Positions 10,589-20,400 of a DNA stretch of 64,000 bases are shown piece by piece (the stretch's first letter is position 1; each line of letters starts with the position of its first letter). The DNA comes from Acidobacteriota bacterium (lineage in GTDB: Bacteria; Acidobacteriota; Thermoanaerobaculia; Multivoradales; UBA5704). Both the position numbers and the translations under genes were made by a program. The stretch lies in contig JBEQUE010000144.1 in NCBI GenBank assembly GCA_040349255.1, positions 15,524 to 79,523 on the forward strand, in the 5' to 3' direction. The notes under the pieces are model-generated. The model was given only the letters and a program-made list of their open reading frames with translations, was not told the origin of the DNA and made no database searches.

Positions 10589-11883
10589 CGGATCTGCGCC
10601 GCACGCCGCAACACCTTGGGATCGTGGCGCAGCCGTTCATAGACCCAGGGCTCCTGGTCCCGGAGCCTCCCCTCGCGCGCCCGGCGCTCGAGCTGGATCA
10701 GGAACTCGCCCATGGACTGATAGTAATTTTCATCGTACATCTCGCCCTTCTCGTCCCAGGTGAGCTCCTCTCCGAGAAGCGATCTCTTGAGGAGCGCGGC
10801 GGCGCGGCGGTTGTACGGGTAGGTATCGAACCCCTGCAGCTCGGCGCGCTCCTCCTTCGTGATCGTTCCCAGGATCCGTTTCGCGGAAAGAGCGGCGGCG
10901 CGCGGATTGTCCGGATAACCGTTGTAGCCCTGCAGCTCGGCCTCTTCCTGCCGGGACAGCGGCCCGGCGGCCTGCTTCGCGCGCAGCGCGGCGGCGCGCG
11001 GGTTCTCGCGCGTCCCATCCGGAGACCAGAGGCCGGCGTCGAAGCTGCGGTCCCGCGCCACGAGCCGCGAGAAATGGCCGCGAAGCTCCTCCTGCTCCGC
11101 CGGCGTGATCGTCCCCGCGTCCTGTTTCGCGTAGAGCATGGCGGCGCGCGGGTTGTCGGGGAAGCTCGCGATGCCGCGGAGCTCCGACAGCTCCGGCTTC
11201 GTGATCGTGCCGAGGATCCTCTTCTTCTGAAGCGCGGCGGCGCGCGGGTTGTTCGGATACGCGTTGCGCGCCTGCCGCTCCGCGACCTCTGGCGATGGTG
11301 GCGACGGCCTCTCCTCCACGGCGGGCGCCGGAGCGCCCGGCACCGGATCGCGGGCGATGACCGCAGGATGGAGCGACCCGGCGCCGGACCGCAGGCCCTG
11401 CGCCTCGGCCGGAGACGCGGCGCGAGCCATCCGATGCGCCTGCCGCTCCTGGGCGGAGTCCGGGGAGCCGAGCTGGAGCGGCCCCTCCGGCATGGGCGAC
11501 CCGGACCGCTGCATGACGTGGGACAGCTCGTGGTACAGGCGGTGGCGGCCGGTCTCGGTGTCCGGGGCGTAGCCGCCGCTTCCGAAAACGATGTGAGGAC
11601 CGAGAGTGTAGGCGTTGGCGTGCAGCGCGCGGGCCGACTCCGCCGCGCTCTCGCCGGTGTGGATCCGCACGTTGCTGAAGTCGAATCCGAGCCGCTGCTC
11701 GGCCGTGTCGCGGATCGAAGCGTCCAGCGGTTGACCCGGATGACGCAAAGCCCCCTCCGCGGTGGACGAAAGATCCTCGCCGGAAGCCGTGTCATTCCCC
11801 CGCTGGGAAACGCGCCGGCCGGACGAGGACGGAGAACGCATTCCGGTCGAAAACCCGCGCCGTTCGTGGTCGAACCTGTTCAT
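10552..11883 (-). CDS. DUF4157-type zincin-like metallopeptidase-domain protein with C-terminal tandem ~33-aa repeats
   Basis: N-terminal GQPLDASIRDTAEQRLGFDFSNVRIHTGESAAESARALHANAYTLGPHIVFG...HELSHVMQ (HExxH). Six to seven repeats of the consensus PDNPRAAAL.AKRILGTITKEE.AEL.G. Probable ATG at 11883 with a GGGAGG SD; the track ORF extends to a GTG at 11907. Confidence 0.8.
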   Translation of the reverse strand: MNRFDHERRGFSTGMRSPSSSGRRVSQRGNDTASGEDLSSTAEGALRHPGQPLDASIRDTAEQRLGFDFSNVRIHTGESAAESARALHANAYTLGPHIVFGSGGYAPDTETGRHRLYHELSHVMQRSGSPMPEGPLQLGSPDSAQERQAHRMARAASPAEAQGLRSGAGSLHPAVIARDPVPGAPAPAVEERPSPPSPEVAERQARNAYPNNPRAAALQKKRILGTITKPELSELRGIASFPDNPRAAMLYAKQDAGTITPAEQEELRGHFSRLVARDRSFDAGLWSPDGTRENPRAAALRAKQAAGPLSRQEEAELQGYNGYPDNPRAAALSAKRILGTITKEERAELQGFDTYPYNRRAAALLKRSLLGEELTWDEKGEMYDENYYQSMGEFLIQLERRAREGRLRDQEPWVYERLRHDPKVLRRAAQIRQSGRVSFSVFD

Positions 11884-11916
11884 GCTTGCTCTCCAGCCTC
11901 CCAACACCCCACATCT

Positions 11917-12287
11917 TCAAGATACGTGAGTTCCGGTCCCGAGCCGTCATGATCGGACGGCAGGCGCTATCCTTCCGCCATGCGCCAGCCCATTCCGACG
12001 CTCTCCCTCCTCGCCCTGCCGCTCCTCGCCGCCTGCGCCACCTCTTCGACACCTCCGGCTCCCTCGACGATCACGGCTCCCGCCGCACAGGCCCGGGCGG
12101 AGTCTCCGGATCGGGAGGAAGACGAGTACTCCCGCTACGAGCTGCTCGAACCCGGGTCGGCGCAGTTCCACATCCTCTTCGAGGTCACCGCGACCGAGCC
12201 CGGCGCGACGGTCTACTTCAACCCGATCCGCAAGGGAAGCGCCGCGAGCGACGAGTCGGTGCGCGACCGGGCGACCGGACAGCCTCT
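11917..12287. repeat. ~372-bp direct repeat copy 2 (intact copy, start of the full-length lipoprotein gene)
   Basis: See 10118-10489. Confidence 0.75.
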
Positions 12288-13251
12288 GCCCTTCGAGGAG
12301 GTCACCGGAGAGGAAGCGAGAGCCAGCGGCCTGCCCGACGCCGACCTGTCGATGAGCTACATCCGCATCCACCTGCCGCACCCGGTGCCGGAGGAAGGCG
12401 GGATCCGCCTGCTGATCGAGAAGACCTACAAGGACCCGCAAAGTTATGAGACCAAAGGCGGTGACCAGGACGGGCGCCTCGTCTTCCAGCGCACCCTGGG
12501 CATCCGCCGGAACTCGATCGTCCTGCCGCGGGGTTACGAGCTGACCGCCTGCAACGCGCCGGCCCAGATCCTGTCCGAGCCGGACGGCCGGGTCTCCGTG
12601 AGCTTCATGCACCCTGGACCCGACGCCTTTCCGCTGGTGATCGAAGCCCGCCGGACCGCTCCGACCGGGGCTTCCTCACCGGAAGCAAGCGAAAGACTGT
12701 CCGAACGGGCGCACCAGGACCGCGAGATCGTCTATTTCCTGCAGCAGCCCGAGACCCACGCTTTCGACCTCTACCACGACTACACCGAATCGAGGCCCGG
12801 CGTGGACCGCTATCTGAACGTCGTGCGCGCGGGCAGCACCGCCTCCAATCCCTCGGCGCGGAACCTCGACACCGGAGAGGTCCTCAAGGTCGAGACCCTG
12901 CGCGGCGACGCGCTCCCGAAGAGCGCTGTCGAAGAAGACGAGATTCCGCCGGACGCCGACGTCGTCGTGGCCCACTTCGCCCCGGTCCCGCCGGGAGGCT
13001 CGGTCCGCCTCCGCATCTCGGAGACCTACACCGATCCGAAGAGCTATCGGCTGGAAGGAGACGAGCTCGTCTTCGACCGCACTCTGGGCCGTCCGAGGAA
13101 CGCCGTCGTCCTCCCCGCCGGCTGGCTCCTGACCGCCAGCTCAATCCCCGCCCAGGTCTCCGAGACCGCCGACGGCCGGATCCGGCTGGATTTCACCAAT
13201 CCGCGGCCGGACGAGATTGCGGTGTTGATCAAGGCGCAGCGGCGCGAGTAG
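11980..13251 (+). CDS. Lipoprotein of unknown function with an internally duplicated ~75-aa domain
   Basis: Signal peptide plus lipobox LLAAC. Two similar segments: YKDPQSYETKGG...RLVFQRTLGIRRNSIVLPRGYELTA... and YTDPKSYRLEGDELVFDRTLGRPRNAVVLPAGWLLTA... Confidence 0.8.
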   Translation: MRQPIPTLSLLALPLLAACATSSTPPAPSTITAPAAQARAESPDREEDEYSRYELLEPGSAQFHILFEVTATEPGATVYFNPIRKGSAASDESVRDRATGQPLPFEEVTGEEARASGLPDADLSMSYIRIHLPHPVPEEGGIRLLIEKTYKDPQSYETKGGDQDGRLVFQRTLGIRRNSIVLPRGYELTACNAPAQILSEPDGRVSVSFMHPGPDAFPLVIEARRTAPTGASSPEASERLSERAHQDREIVYFLQQPETHAFDLYHDYTESRPGVDRYLNVVRAGSTASNPSARNLDTGEVLKVETLRGDALPKSAVEEDEIPPDADVVVAHFAPVPPGGSVRLRISETYTDPKSYRLEGDELVFDRTLGRPRNAVVLPAGWLLTASSIPAQVSETADGRIRLDFTNPRPDEIAVLIKAQRRE

Positions 13252-13347
13252 AGCGGCGTATACTCAGCGTTGCCGCAAGTTCTGCCGAACAATTCGGCAG
13301 GGTGCTCGCGACATCCATGGTCTCGTCCTTCCTGACAGGAGGTTCGC

Positions 13348-14190
13348 GTGAGAAAAAGAGGCGTTCCGGCAATGCTCGTGCTCTCTGCCCTGCTCGGTCT
13401 CTCCCCTCTGGCCGCCGATCCCACGATCCGGCGCGGCATCGACGTCTTCACCACCCGCGCCGACGGAAGGACCTACTACGACTTCGCCAAGCAACCCATT
13501 CCCGCGGGTTTCTTCTGCAACGCCTCCAAGGCCTTCACCGGCCGGGTGCCGCTCAAGGGGCTGCCTCTCGCAACCCAGACGCCGGGAGAGCTCCGGAATG
13601 CCGACACGATCGTCGAGCGTCTCGACGATGCCGTCTTCAACGGTAAGGACGTTGCCGAGACGCGCATCCGATTCCGGGCCTTGTCGCTGGTGAGCATCGC
13701 CCCCATCAAGACGGCCTGCGGCGACTTCCATGTCTACGTCACCCTCAACGGCCCGCAGCGGGCGACGACGATGAGCATCAGCCGCACCCAGCAAGGAGGC
13801 GGGACCTTTTCCGCGCCTCTCGCGGTCGACGCGCGCATGACCTTCATCCCCGTGAAGAAGTCCGTGAAATCCGCGACCGGCAACAGCGCGCAGAAGTGGG
13901 AGCTCACCGGAAGCTTCACCTTCCCTGCCAGCCCCGTCGCGTGGAGCCTGGGAAATGAGGCGATGAAGAGAATCAGCTCCCCGGTCGTCGACACCAATGG
14001 AGACCTGACTCCGGACACGCGGCTTCCCGGCACCTCGAACTTCCTGGCGGGCACGCCGCCCGGCAATGTCATGACTGGCGCGTACGGCAATATCGGGGCC
14101 TGCCCGTGTGAGCCGGTATGCCATGCCACCTCCGGCGAGATGCACTGCTCCTACCCGACAGAAGACTGCTACCCCGTCGTCTGTCCATAA
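13348..14190 (+). CDS. Secreted hypothetical protein with Cys-rich C-terminus
   Basis: N-terminal signal peptide MRKRGVPAMLVLSALLGLSPLAADP. Eight Cys near the C-terminus (ACPCEPVCHATSGEMHCSYPTEDCYPVVCP). Confidence 0.7.
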   Translation: MRKRGVPAMLVLSALLGLSPLAADPTIRRGIDVFTTRADGRTYYDFAKQPIPAGFFCNASKAFTGRVPLKGLPLATQTPGELRNADTIVERLDDAVFNGKDVAETRIRFRALSLVSIAPIKTACGDFHVYVTLNGPQRATTMSISRTQQGGGTFSAPLAVDARMTFIPVKKSVKSATGNSAQKWELTGSFTFPASPVAWSLGNEAMKRISSPVVDTNGDLTPDTRLPGTSNFLAGTPPGNVMTGAYGNIGACPCEPVCHATSGEMHCSYPTEDCYPVVCP

Positions 14191-14287
14191 CTCCGCATTC
14201 CTGCGAAGAGCCTCGAGGCGGCCGGACAGGGCCGCCCGAGGCCTGGCCGGCTTCCCGTCCTGATGAACGCCGCCTTGCTTCGTCGCT

Positions 14288-14851
14288 TTAGAGGAAGATC
14301 TCGCCGAGAGGGATCTCCAGGCCGGGCAGGAGCGGGCTGGTCAGAATGTCGCCATCCGCCGCGGTCAGCTCCGCGCCCCCCTGGAGGCATTCCCCCATCC
14401 TGCGGAAGATCCGGGCCGCGTTCCGCGTCGGATCGACCATCCAGTACTCCTGGACGCCCAGGATCTCATAGCGCTCCAATTTGAGACCCTCGTCCCGTTT
14501 CCGAGTCGACGGCGAGAGCACCTCGATGACGAGGTCCGGCGCTCCCTGGACGTTCATCTCGGTAAGAATCCTCGCTCTCGCCTGGGAGACGAACAGGAGA
14601 TCCGGCTGGACGACGTCATGCTTGCCGAGCAGAACGTCGGCGGGAGCCACAAAGAGACGGCCCAGTCGATGACGGCGGACGAACGGCGCGATCCAGGAAG
14701 TCAGCTCGACGACGATGCTCTGATGCCACAGGTTCGGAGCCGCCGTCACGAAGTGCTCCCCGTCGAGGATCTCGTGACGGTACCCATCCTCCGGGAACAG
14801 GAGGTAGTCCTCGTAGGTGAGCTTGCGACGGACTGGATCTCGAAGGGCCAT
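14288..14851 (-). CDS. Uma2-family (DUF820) PD-(D/E)xK endonuclease-like protein
   Basis: MALRDPVRRKLTYEDYLLFPEDGYRHEILDGE...PDLVIEVLSPST.R.DEGLKLERY. The start is taken at an internal ATG; the track ORF extends upstream. Confidence 0.7.
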   Translation of the reverse strand: MALRDPVRRKLTYEDYLLFPEDGYRHEILDGEHFVTAAPNLWHQSIVVELTSWIAPFVRRHRLGRLFVAPADVLLGKHDVVQPDLLFVSQARARILTEMNVQGAPDLVIEVLSPSTRKRDEGLKLERYEILGVQEYWMVDPTRNAARIFRRMGECLQGGAELTAADGDILTSPLLPGLEIPLGEIFL

Positions 14852-15021
14852 GGCGACTCCCGTTTGCAGAGCCAGGAAGAGTTTAGCACGGGACACAATC
14901 CTCGGGTCGGAAGAAGTTCCGCCGGAGGATATCTCAGGACTCGCCGTCGTGGAACTCGCGACGAGGCTCGACTGCAATCGAGTCCGCGCTCCTCGAATCC
15001 TCGGACACCTTCTCCCGGAAT

Positions 15022-17424
15022 TCACGCTTTCCGGCGGCAGATAATCTTGTCTCCACTCGTTCCCACGTGATCAAAATACTTGGTTATGATCTCATGGCAA
15101 TGTCGACAACTGGGCCTTATGTCCTCGTGAAGTTCTAGGATGAGGGTATCCACTCTAGGAAGCCAGGAGGCGGAGGTCTCGAGGACCTCGACCTCAGAGC
15201 CTTCGATGTCGAGCTTCAGTATGTCGATGAAAGAGATGCCATACTCCTCCATAAGCCCATCGACAGTGACGGCTGGAACGGTTTGCATAACACTCCTACC
15301 ATCTAGATCACCTTCTACGGTCTGGAATCCCCATGCTCCACTTCCACCATCGATAACCTGGACGCAGGCTTTCTTGCACCAGAGCGCCCCTCTCACTGGG
15401 AATATATTTGGGAAAGGCATCGAATTTCGAACCAGGAGTTGAAAGTTGTGTTCCTCGGGTTCGATCGCGATGATTCGGGCATCGGGATATCGCAGGGCAA
15501 AGTCAACCGATGAAGCACCTATGTTGGCTCCCCCGTCAACAATCACTTTTGGAGGATGTCCGACCTCAAGGATATGAGGCTTCTCGCGGAAGATCTCGCG
15601 ATACACATCGAGATCCGTGGTCTCTGGTCGTATGTGCAGAATGTGACTACCTTCCAGGGCAACCCTTATTGTTGCCTCGTCGAGTTCGGTCCCATTGACA
15701 CTCTCTCCAGTCTCGCCAAACGAAAAATAAGAAGTAGCGGCCAGCCCAAGAAGGCGCTGCCCGACAGGCAGCAAAGAATGGATGTCTTCCCACTTATTTT
15801 CCCATAACGAACCTTGAAAGCCGAGTTCTTTCCAGAGGCGCTCGGCAAAATTGGGCATTATTGGCGCAGAGAGGATGGCCAAGAGCTTCGCCGCGAGCAG
15901 TTCTAGCGCGACGGCTGTCCGCCGCCTTTCATTTTGCGCGATAACTCGAAGCCAGCTTTCCTCGGATTTCGCGAAGCGCCTCGCATCGCGAACGAGCCAA
16001 CCGAGGACGCTTGCAGCGCACTGAGGCGAGAACGTCCTCGCCTCGTAGGCTTTGCTCGCCTGGGCAGTTAGCATGGTTAGTCGTTCTGCGAATCGCAAGT
16101 GCTCTTCCGCCCAACTACCAGCCCCAGGCACCCGTTCCTCGAACTCTCTAGCAGCCCGAACCGCCAATTCCCTGAGCCAAGCCTGCCATTCACGGATCAG
16201 TTCCCGGTCCACGTCCGCGGCGAGCTCAGCCAAACTGAAGTTGGTCCTCTCCACCTCGGGATATGTTGTCGCCATGTGAAAGCGTAGGGAGTCTGCGGGC
16301 ACCCTGCTCAGCAGATGCTGTCCCCAGATTGCATGCTGCCGGCTGGTTGAGAACTTGGAATGATCAAGAAGACGGAACTCGTTCATGAGCAGCGCCGAAG
16401 GAAGACGGATTTGCGAGTCAAAAGCCATCAGCAACGCGGGCACCAGAACTGCGTAGTAAAAAGCATTGTCGAATCCGAAACATTGAATAGCAAGGGAATC
16501 CCCATTCTTCCAGAATTGCTCCCAGCGGCCATCGAGATGCTGGGCATAGGTGAGATAGCGCGCGGCTTCGTCGCACCACGTATAGACTGTCTGGCCCTCG
16601 AATCCTGGAATTGCAATCGGCACCCCCCAGTTATCGTAATGAGAAACAGCAAAATTCCAGAAACCAACCTGTAGAGCCTGCTCGCAGAAAGATCTCAGAT
16701 TAGAGCTCATCGCCACCTTGCTCCAATATTCCTGCAGCCTGCCGCTATACTGGTCAAGCGGGAAGTAGAGGCGCTTCATAGCCCTGAAGGACGGAGGAGC
16801 GCCGCACTGGGCGCAGACCGGATCCAGAAGATCTACACAGCGGTTGGGCATACCGCAACTCTCACATCCGCTTCCCGTGGTACGGCTTCCACAATAGGGG
16901 CAGTGTCCAGAGATATAGTTCTCATAAAGCTGGCGACGACACGGTTCACAATAGGTAGTCGGGTCCACGCGGGAAATGAGCAATCCACGGGCATACAGGT
17001 TACCTAGAAAATCTTGTACGGTCGGTACGTAGAAGAGCGATGAATTCGGCCGAATAAACTGGTCGACGTCAATCCGCGCCCCCCTGAGCGTACTCGCTAT
17101 ACTTTCCGCCATTTGGTCTGCAACCTGCTGAGGGGAGACGCCAGCCTCCATTGCATGGATCTTGACGTCACTCTGATTGTCATCTGTACCAGTGAAAAAG
17201 TGAACCTCTGCGCCACGAAGCCGGAGGTAGCGCGACTGAATGTCTCCTGCAAGGTAGGGCCCGGAGAGATGGCCCACATGCAGATCGCCATTCGGGGTTG
17301 GGGGCGCTGCCATGACAAGTACGCGAAGAGAAGCATAGCGCAACGTATCCCGGCAGTCGCTCGCCAGGCCCTCGACCGCTCCATAACTAGAAATTATCTG
17401 CTTCTTCTCCCTGGGTTCTTCCAT
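15022..17424 (-). CDS. Methionyl-tRNA-synthetase-like class I aaRS catalytic domain (HIGH/KMSKS-like, Zn knuckles) fused to a C-terminal FkbM-family methyltransferase domain
   Basis: PPTPNGDLHVGHLSGPYLAGDIQSRYLRLRGAEVHFFTGTDDNQ (MetRS-like HIGH region). CEPC...CPYC...CESCG...CAQCG knuckles. LLDHSKFSTSRQ (KMSKS-like). C-terminus VVDGGANIGASSVDFALRYPDARIIAIEPEEHNFQLL (FkbM MT motif). ATG at 17424 with GGAGAG SD. Low-GC gene. Confidence 0.8.
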   Translation of the reverse strand: MEEPREKKQIISSYGAVEGLASDCRDTLRYASLRVLVMAAPPTPNGDLHVGHLSGPYLAGDIQSRYLRLRGAEVHFFTGTDDNQSDVKIHAMEAGVSPQQVADQMAESIASTLRGARIDVDQFIRPNSSLFYVPTVQDFLGNLYARGLLISRVDPTTYCEPCRRQLYENYISGHCPYCGSRTTGSGCESCGMPNRCVDLLDPVCAQCGAPPSFRAMKRLYFPLDQYSGRLQEYWSKVAMSSNLRSFCEQALQVGFWNFAVSHYDNWGVPIAIPGFEGQTVYTWCDEAARYLTYAQHLDGRWEQFWKNGDSLAIQCFGFDNAFYYAVLVPALLMAFDSQIRLPSALLMNEFRLLDHSKFSTSRQHAIWGQHLLSRVPADSLRFHMATTYPEVERTNFSLAELAADVDRELIREWQAWLRELAVRAAREFEERVPGAGSWAEEHLRFAERLTMLTAQASKAYEARTFSPQCAASVLGWLVRDARRFAKSEESWLRVIAQNERRRTAVALELLAAKLLAILSAPIMPNFAERLWKELGFQGSLWENKWEDIHSLLPVGQRLLGLAATSYFSFGETGESVNGTELDEATIRVALEGSHILHIRPETTDLDVYREIFREKPHILEVGHPPKVIVDGGANIGASSVDFALRYPDARIIAIEPEEHNFQLLVRNSMPFPNIFPVRGALWCKKACVQVIDGGSGAWGFQTVEGDLDGRSVMQTVPAVTVDGLMEEYGISFIDILKLDIEGSEVEVLETSASWLPRVDTLILELHEDIRPSCRHCHEIITKYFDHVGTSGDKIICRRKA

Positions 17425-17454
17425 ACACACTCTCCATGGCTGACTTAAATTAGC
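17425..17454. promoter_or_regulatory. 30-bp divergent intergenic spacer between the aaRS-like/FkbM gene and the CHAT-SIR2-NACHT gene. Promoters must overlap the coding regions.
   Basis: ATG 17424 (minus) and ATG 17455 (plus). Confidence 0.3.
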
Positions 17455-20400
17455 ATGCCTGACTATAACATACCGAAGACCTCGCCGAGAAGAGTCCTCG
17501 TTCTGTCGACAAACCCTGAGGATACCGAAAGGCTAGCACTTGAACGGGAAACCCGTCAAATTGAGCGTGCATTAGCGCATCGCGAAGGAAGTTTCACGGT
17601 GCGACACGCTATGGCTGCTCACCTTGAAGATCTCGAGGACAGCCTATTCGATTTTAAGCCGCAGTACGTTCATTTCTGCGGCCATGGCTTAAAAGGAGGC
17701 CGAGGTCTTGCCTTCCAGGATGACTCGGGAAGGACGAGTCCCGTTACCACGCGGCAGCTTAAGGAGTTGTTCTCTATCTTCAAAACGAACATCAGCTGCG
17801 TATTTCTCAATTGCTGCTTTTCGCGCCCCCAGGCAGAAGTGATTTCCGCTCATGTCCCCTACGTGATTGGAACAAGTGAGGCGTTTGACGATGAGTTGGC
17901 CGTTGTCTTCGCTTCAAAGTTCTACAAGGCGATTGGTCGTGGAAAAACGGTCCCATTTGCGTTCAAGTTCGCCCGCGCTGTTACCGCCGACAATTTGGAT
18001 TCCCTGATTCCGGTCCTAGTCCGAGGGCGGCGCAAAAATAAAACAAACCCTGGAGATAGCGTCGGCTCTTCTGGCACCAGCCAGTGGAAGGCAGGAAATT
18101 TAGGGCAACCCAAGGAGTTCCGCTCGTTCGATTTAGAAGCAAAGGAAGAACAGGCTTCGTTACACCTCAATACCTCGCAAAAAGAACAGGATCAGGATGC
18201 TCGGCGCGCTTCCCTGAGCCGCCTCTGGAATCGATTAGAACAAAAGCGCGAAGCCGTCATTTTTCTGGGTTCTGCTGCCTGCGCGGAGGGCTTCAAGGAG
18301 GGCAAGCCCTACCCCAGCTTGGATGCCATCGCCAAGCGAATTCTCGATGATGAAGGTCGAAGCACTGGCAATATGACCGACGTTCGCAAGGAGCTGAGAA
18401 ATACATTGCGGATGTGGACTGAAGGGGAGGGAGATCTTTCCGATTTTCTCCGAAAATATATTTCAGGGCAGCCCGGCGCTGCCCATCACTATCTTGCAGC
18501 CTTGGCTCTAGGCCTTTTCCCGGAGTTCAATCTCCTTCTGTTTGTAACGGCCGGATTCGATGACTTGATGGAGGAAGCATTCGTCAGTCTGCTAAGAGGT
18601 GAAACCCGACCCAAGATAAGGCATTACAGCATTGGGCATCAAGAAGAAACAGTTCCTAGAATTTTCGAGGAAGTCTCCGGTCAAGTGCGCAAGGGAGTGC
18701 CTGTTATACTCAAACTATTTGGCGATCTGGACGCAGAGAGTCCCCTGCTCTACCCAAAGACCAAAATTCGTCAGAAGCTTGGGAGCAGTATTCAAGGCTG
18801 GTTCAGCCGTCCCGTGCTCTTCATCGATTGCGGGCCCGAGGATAAAGCCTTTGAAGATTTGTTCTTTAAGACAGAAAAGCGTGGCCCCTTGTTTGTTATT
18901 GGTAAGAACCTTGCACAATATCGAAACGATCCTACTATTCATCATGTCGCCATATCGCTCATGGAATTCGGCCTAGAGTTCCTCGATATGGTGAGATCTA
19001 AAAATCAGGACCTTCTTAAGCGGGTAGAAGATCTCCTGCATAATGTAGATCCTCTCGCGCTCTATCCTGATTGTGAATCTATCATGGCACGCGCCGCTAT
19101 CGCCTCTCGCGCTTCGTTACTACGGGTGGAAGAGCGACTGCCGCGTAGCCGTTCCAATGAGGAAGGCCACGCCTTTGTGCCCATCGCTCGAATTGACACG
19201 CAACCTGATTTCGCGGCCTTCTTGCGGGACGGTAGGCCTCTCCTTGCATTAATCGGTGATTCCGGTTCCGGTAAGTCTACTCTCTTCTACCAAGTCCACC
19301 AAGCCGCGGGTGCTTTCATTTCGATCTTTTATGACATCCATCAACTTCAGGCCACGCGCACGCTTGCTGGTAGGCTTGCCCACGACTTCCTCTGTGACGA
19401 ACGCAATTTCGTCGACCTTGTTAGAGTACTCGACAAGGCATTGAAATTTGAGCAGCGAAAGCTTGTCATTTTTATTGATGGACTCAACGAAAGCCTTGAT
19501 CTGAAGCCTTCCACCTTGCGCTTTGAAATCGAGGATCTTGGCGCGAAACTGCCAGGAACAATCAAGATTGCCTATTCGTGCCGCAGAGTCTATTGGGACA
19601 ATTTCATCCGCAATACATCGCCGCTTTCCAAAGAACTATACTTTAATTCAAAAGAAATAGTTCTAGAGCACTTTTCTCCAAGAGAGGCGGAAAGCGCCTT
19701 CAAGTCATACCAGGAACTTTACGGATTCCTCGGTAACTATGCTTCATTGAGCTCCGAATTCAAGTTGAGAATTAAGGACCCGCTGATGTTGCGTATGCTC
19801 GCAGAGGGTTACGCGGGGAAGAAGCTTCCTGATTTCGCGCCTGCAGTGCTGATCTTCGATACTTACCATAAACGTTTCCGGCAGCGCTTCAAAGGCACTG
19901 TTGTACCGGCTTTCCTCGATGCGCTAGTGGCCGCGAAGGTAAATGAGACCGAGGCGGAACTCGCCTCCGATCAGTTCATCACTGAAGATGTGCGAACGCA
20001 CCCGAAACTCAGTCTTCTGATTCAACAGCAGATGTTGAATGCGCATCGGGGTGGGGACCCACTCCTGCTCCTCGAAGATGAAGGGATACTGACAGCTATC
20101 GATGACGATAGCACATCCTATCGATTCGCCTACGACCGGTTTTTTGAATATCTACTCGGAAAATCACTTTCAAAACTTCTGACTACCGGTTCTAGAGAGA
20201 GGTTCCGAGAGCGTCTTGAGAAGCAGATACGTAGATTAAGCCCCTTTCATTTTTCCTTCCTGCAAGCGCTGAAGTCGGAGGTCATTCGTCTCAACATTCT
20301 CGAGCCAAGCGGGCCCTGCTCCTTTTACGACCCTGAACTTGTGAGAGGACTTCTTGAGAACGAGGATGCGGGGATCGTTGCGTTCACGAAGGACCTGTTA

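Noticed and set aside
10585-11952. 455-aa plus ORF and 365-aa minus ORF (10698-11795) overlapping the DUF4157 gene
   Set aside because: The frame carrying the DUF4157 signature and tandem repeats is clearly the coding one. The alternates are Arg-rich shadows.
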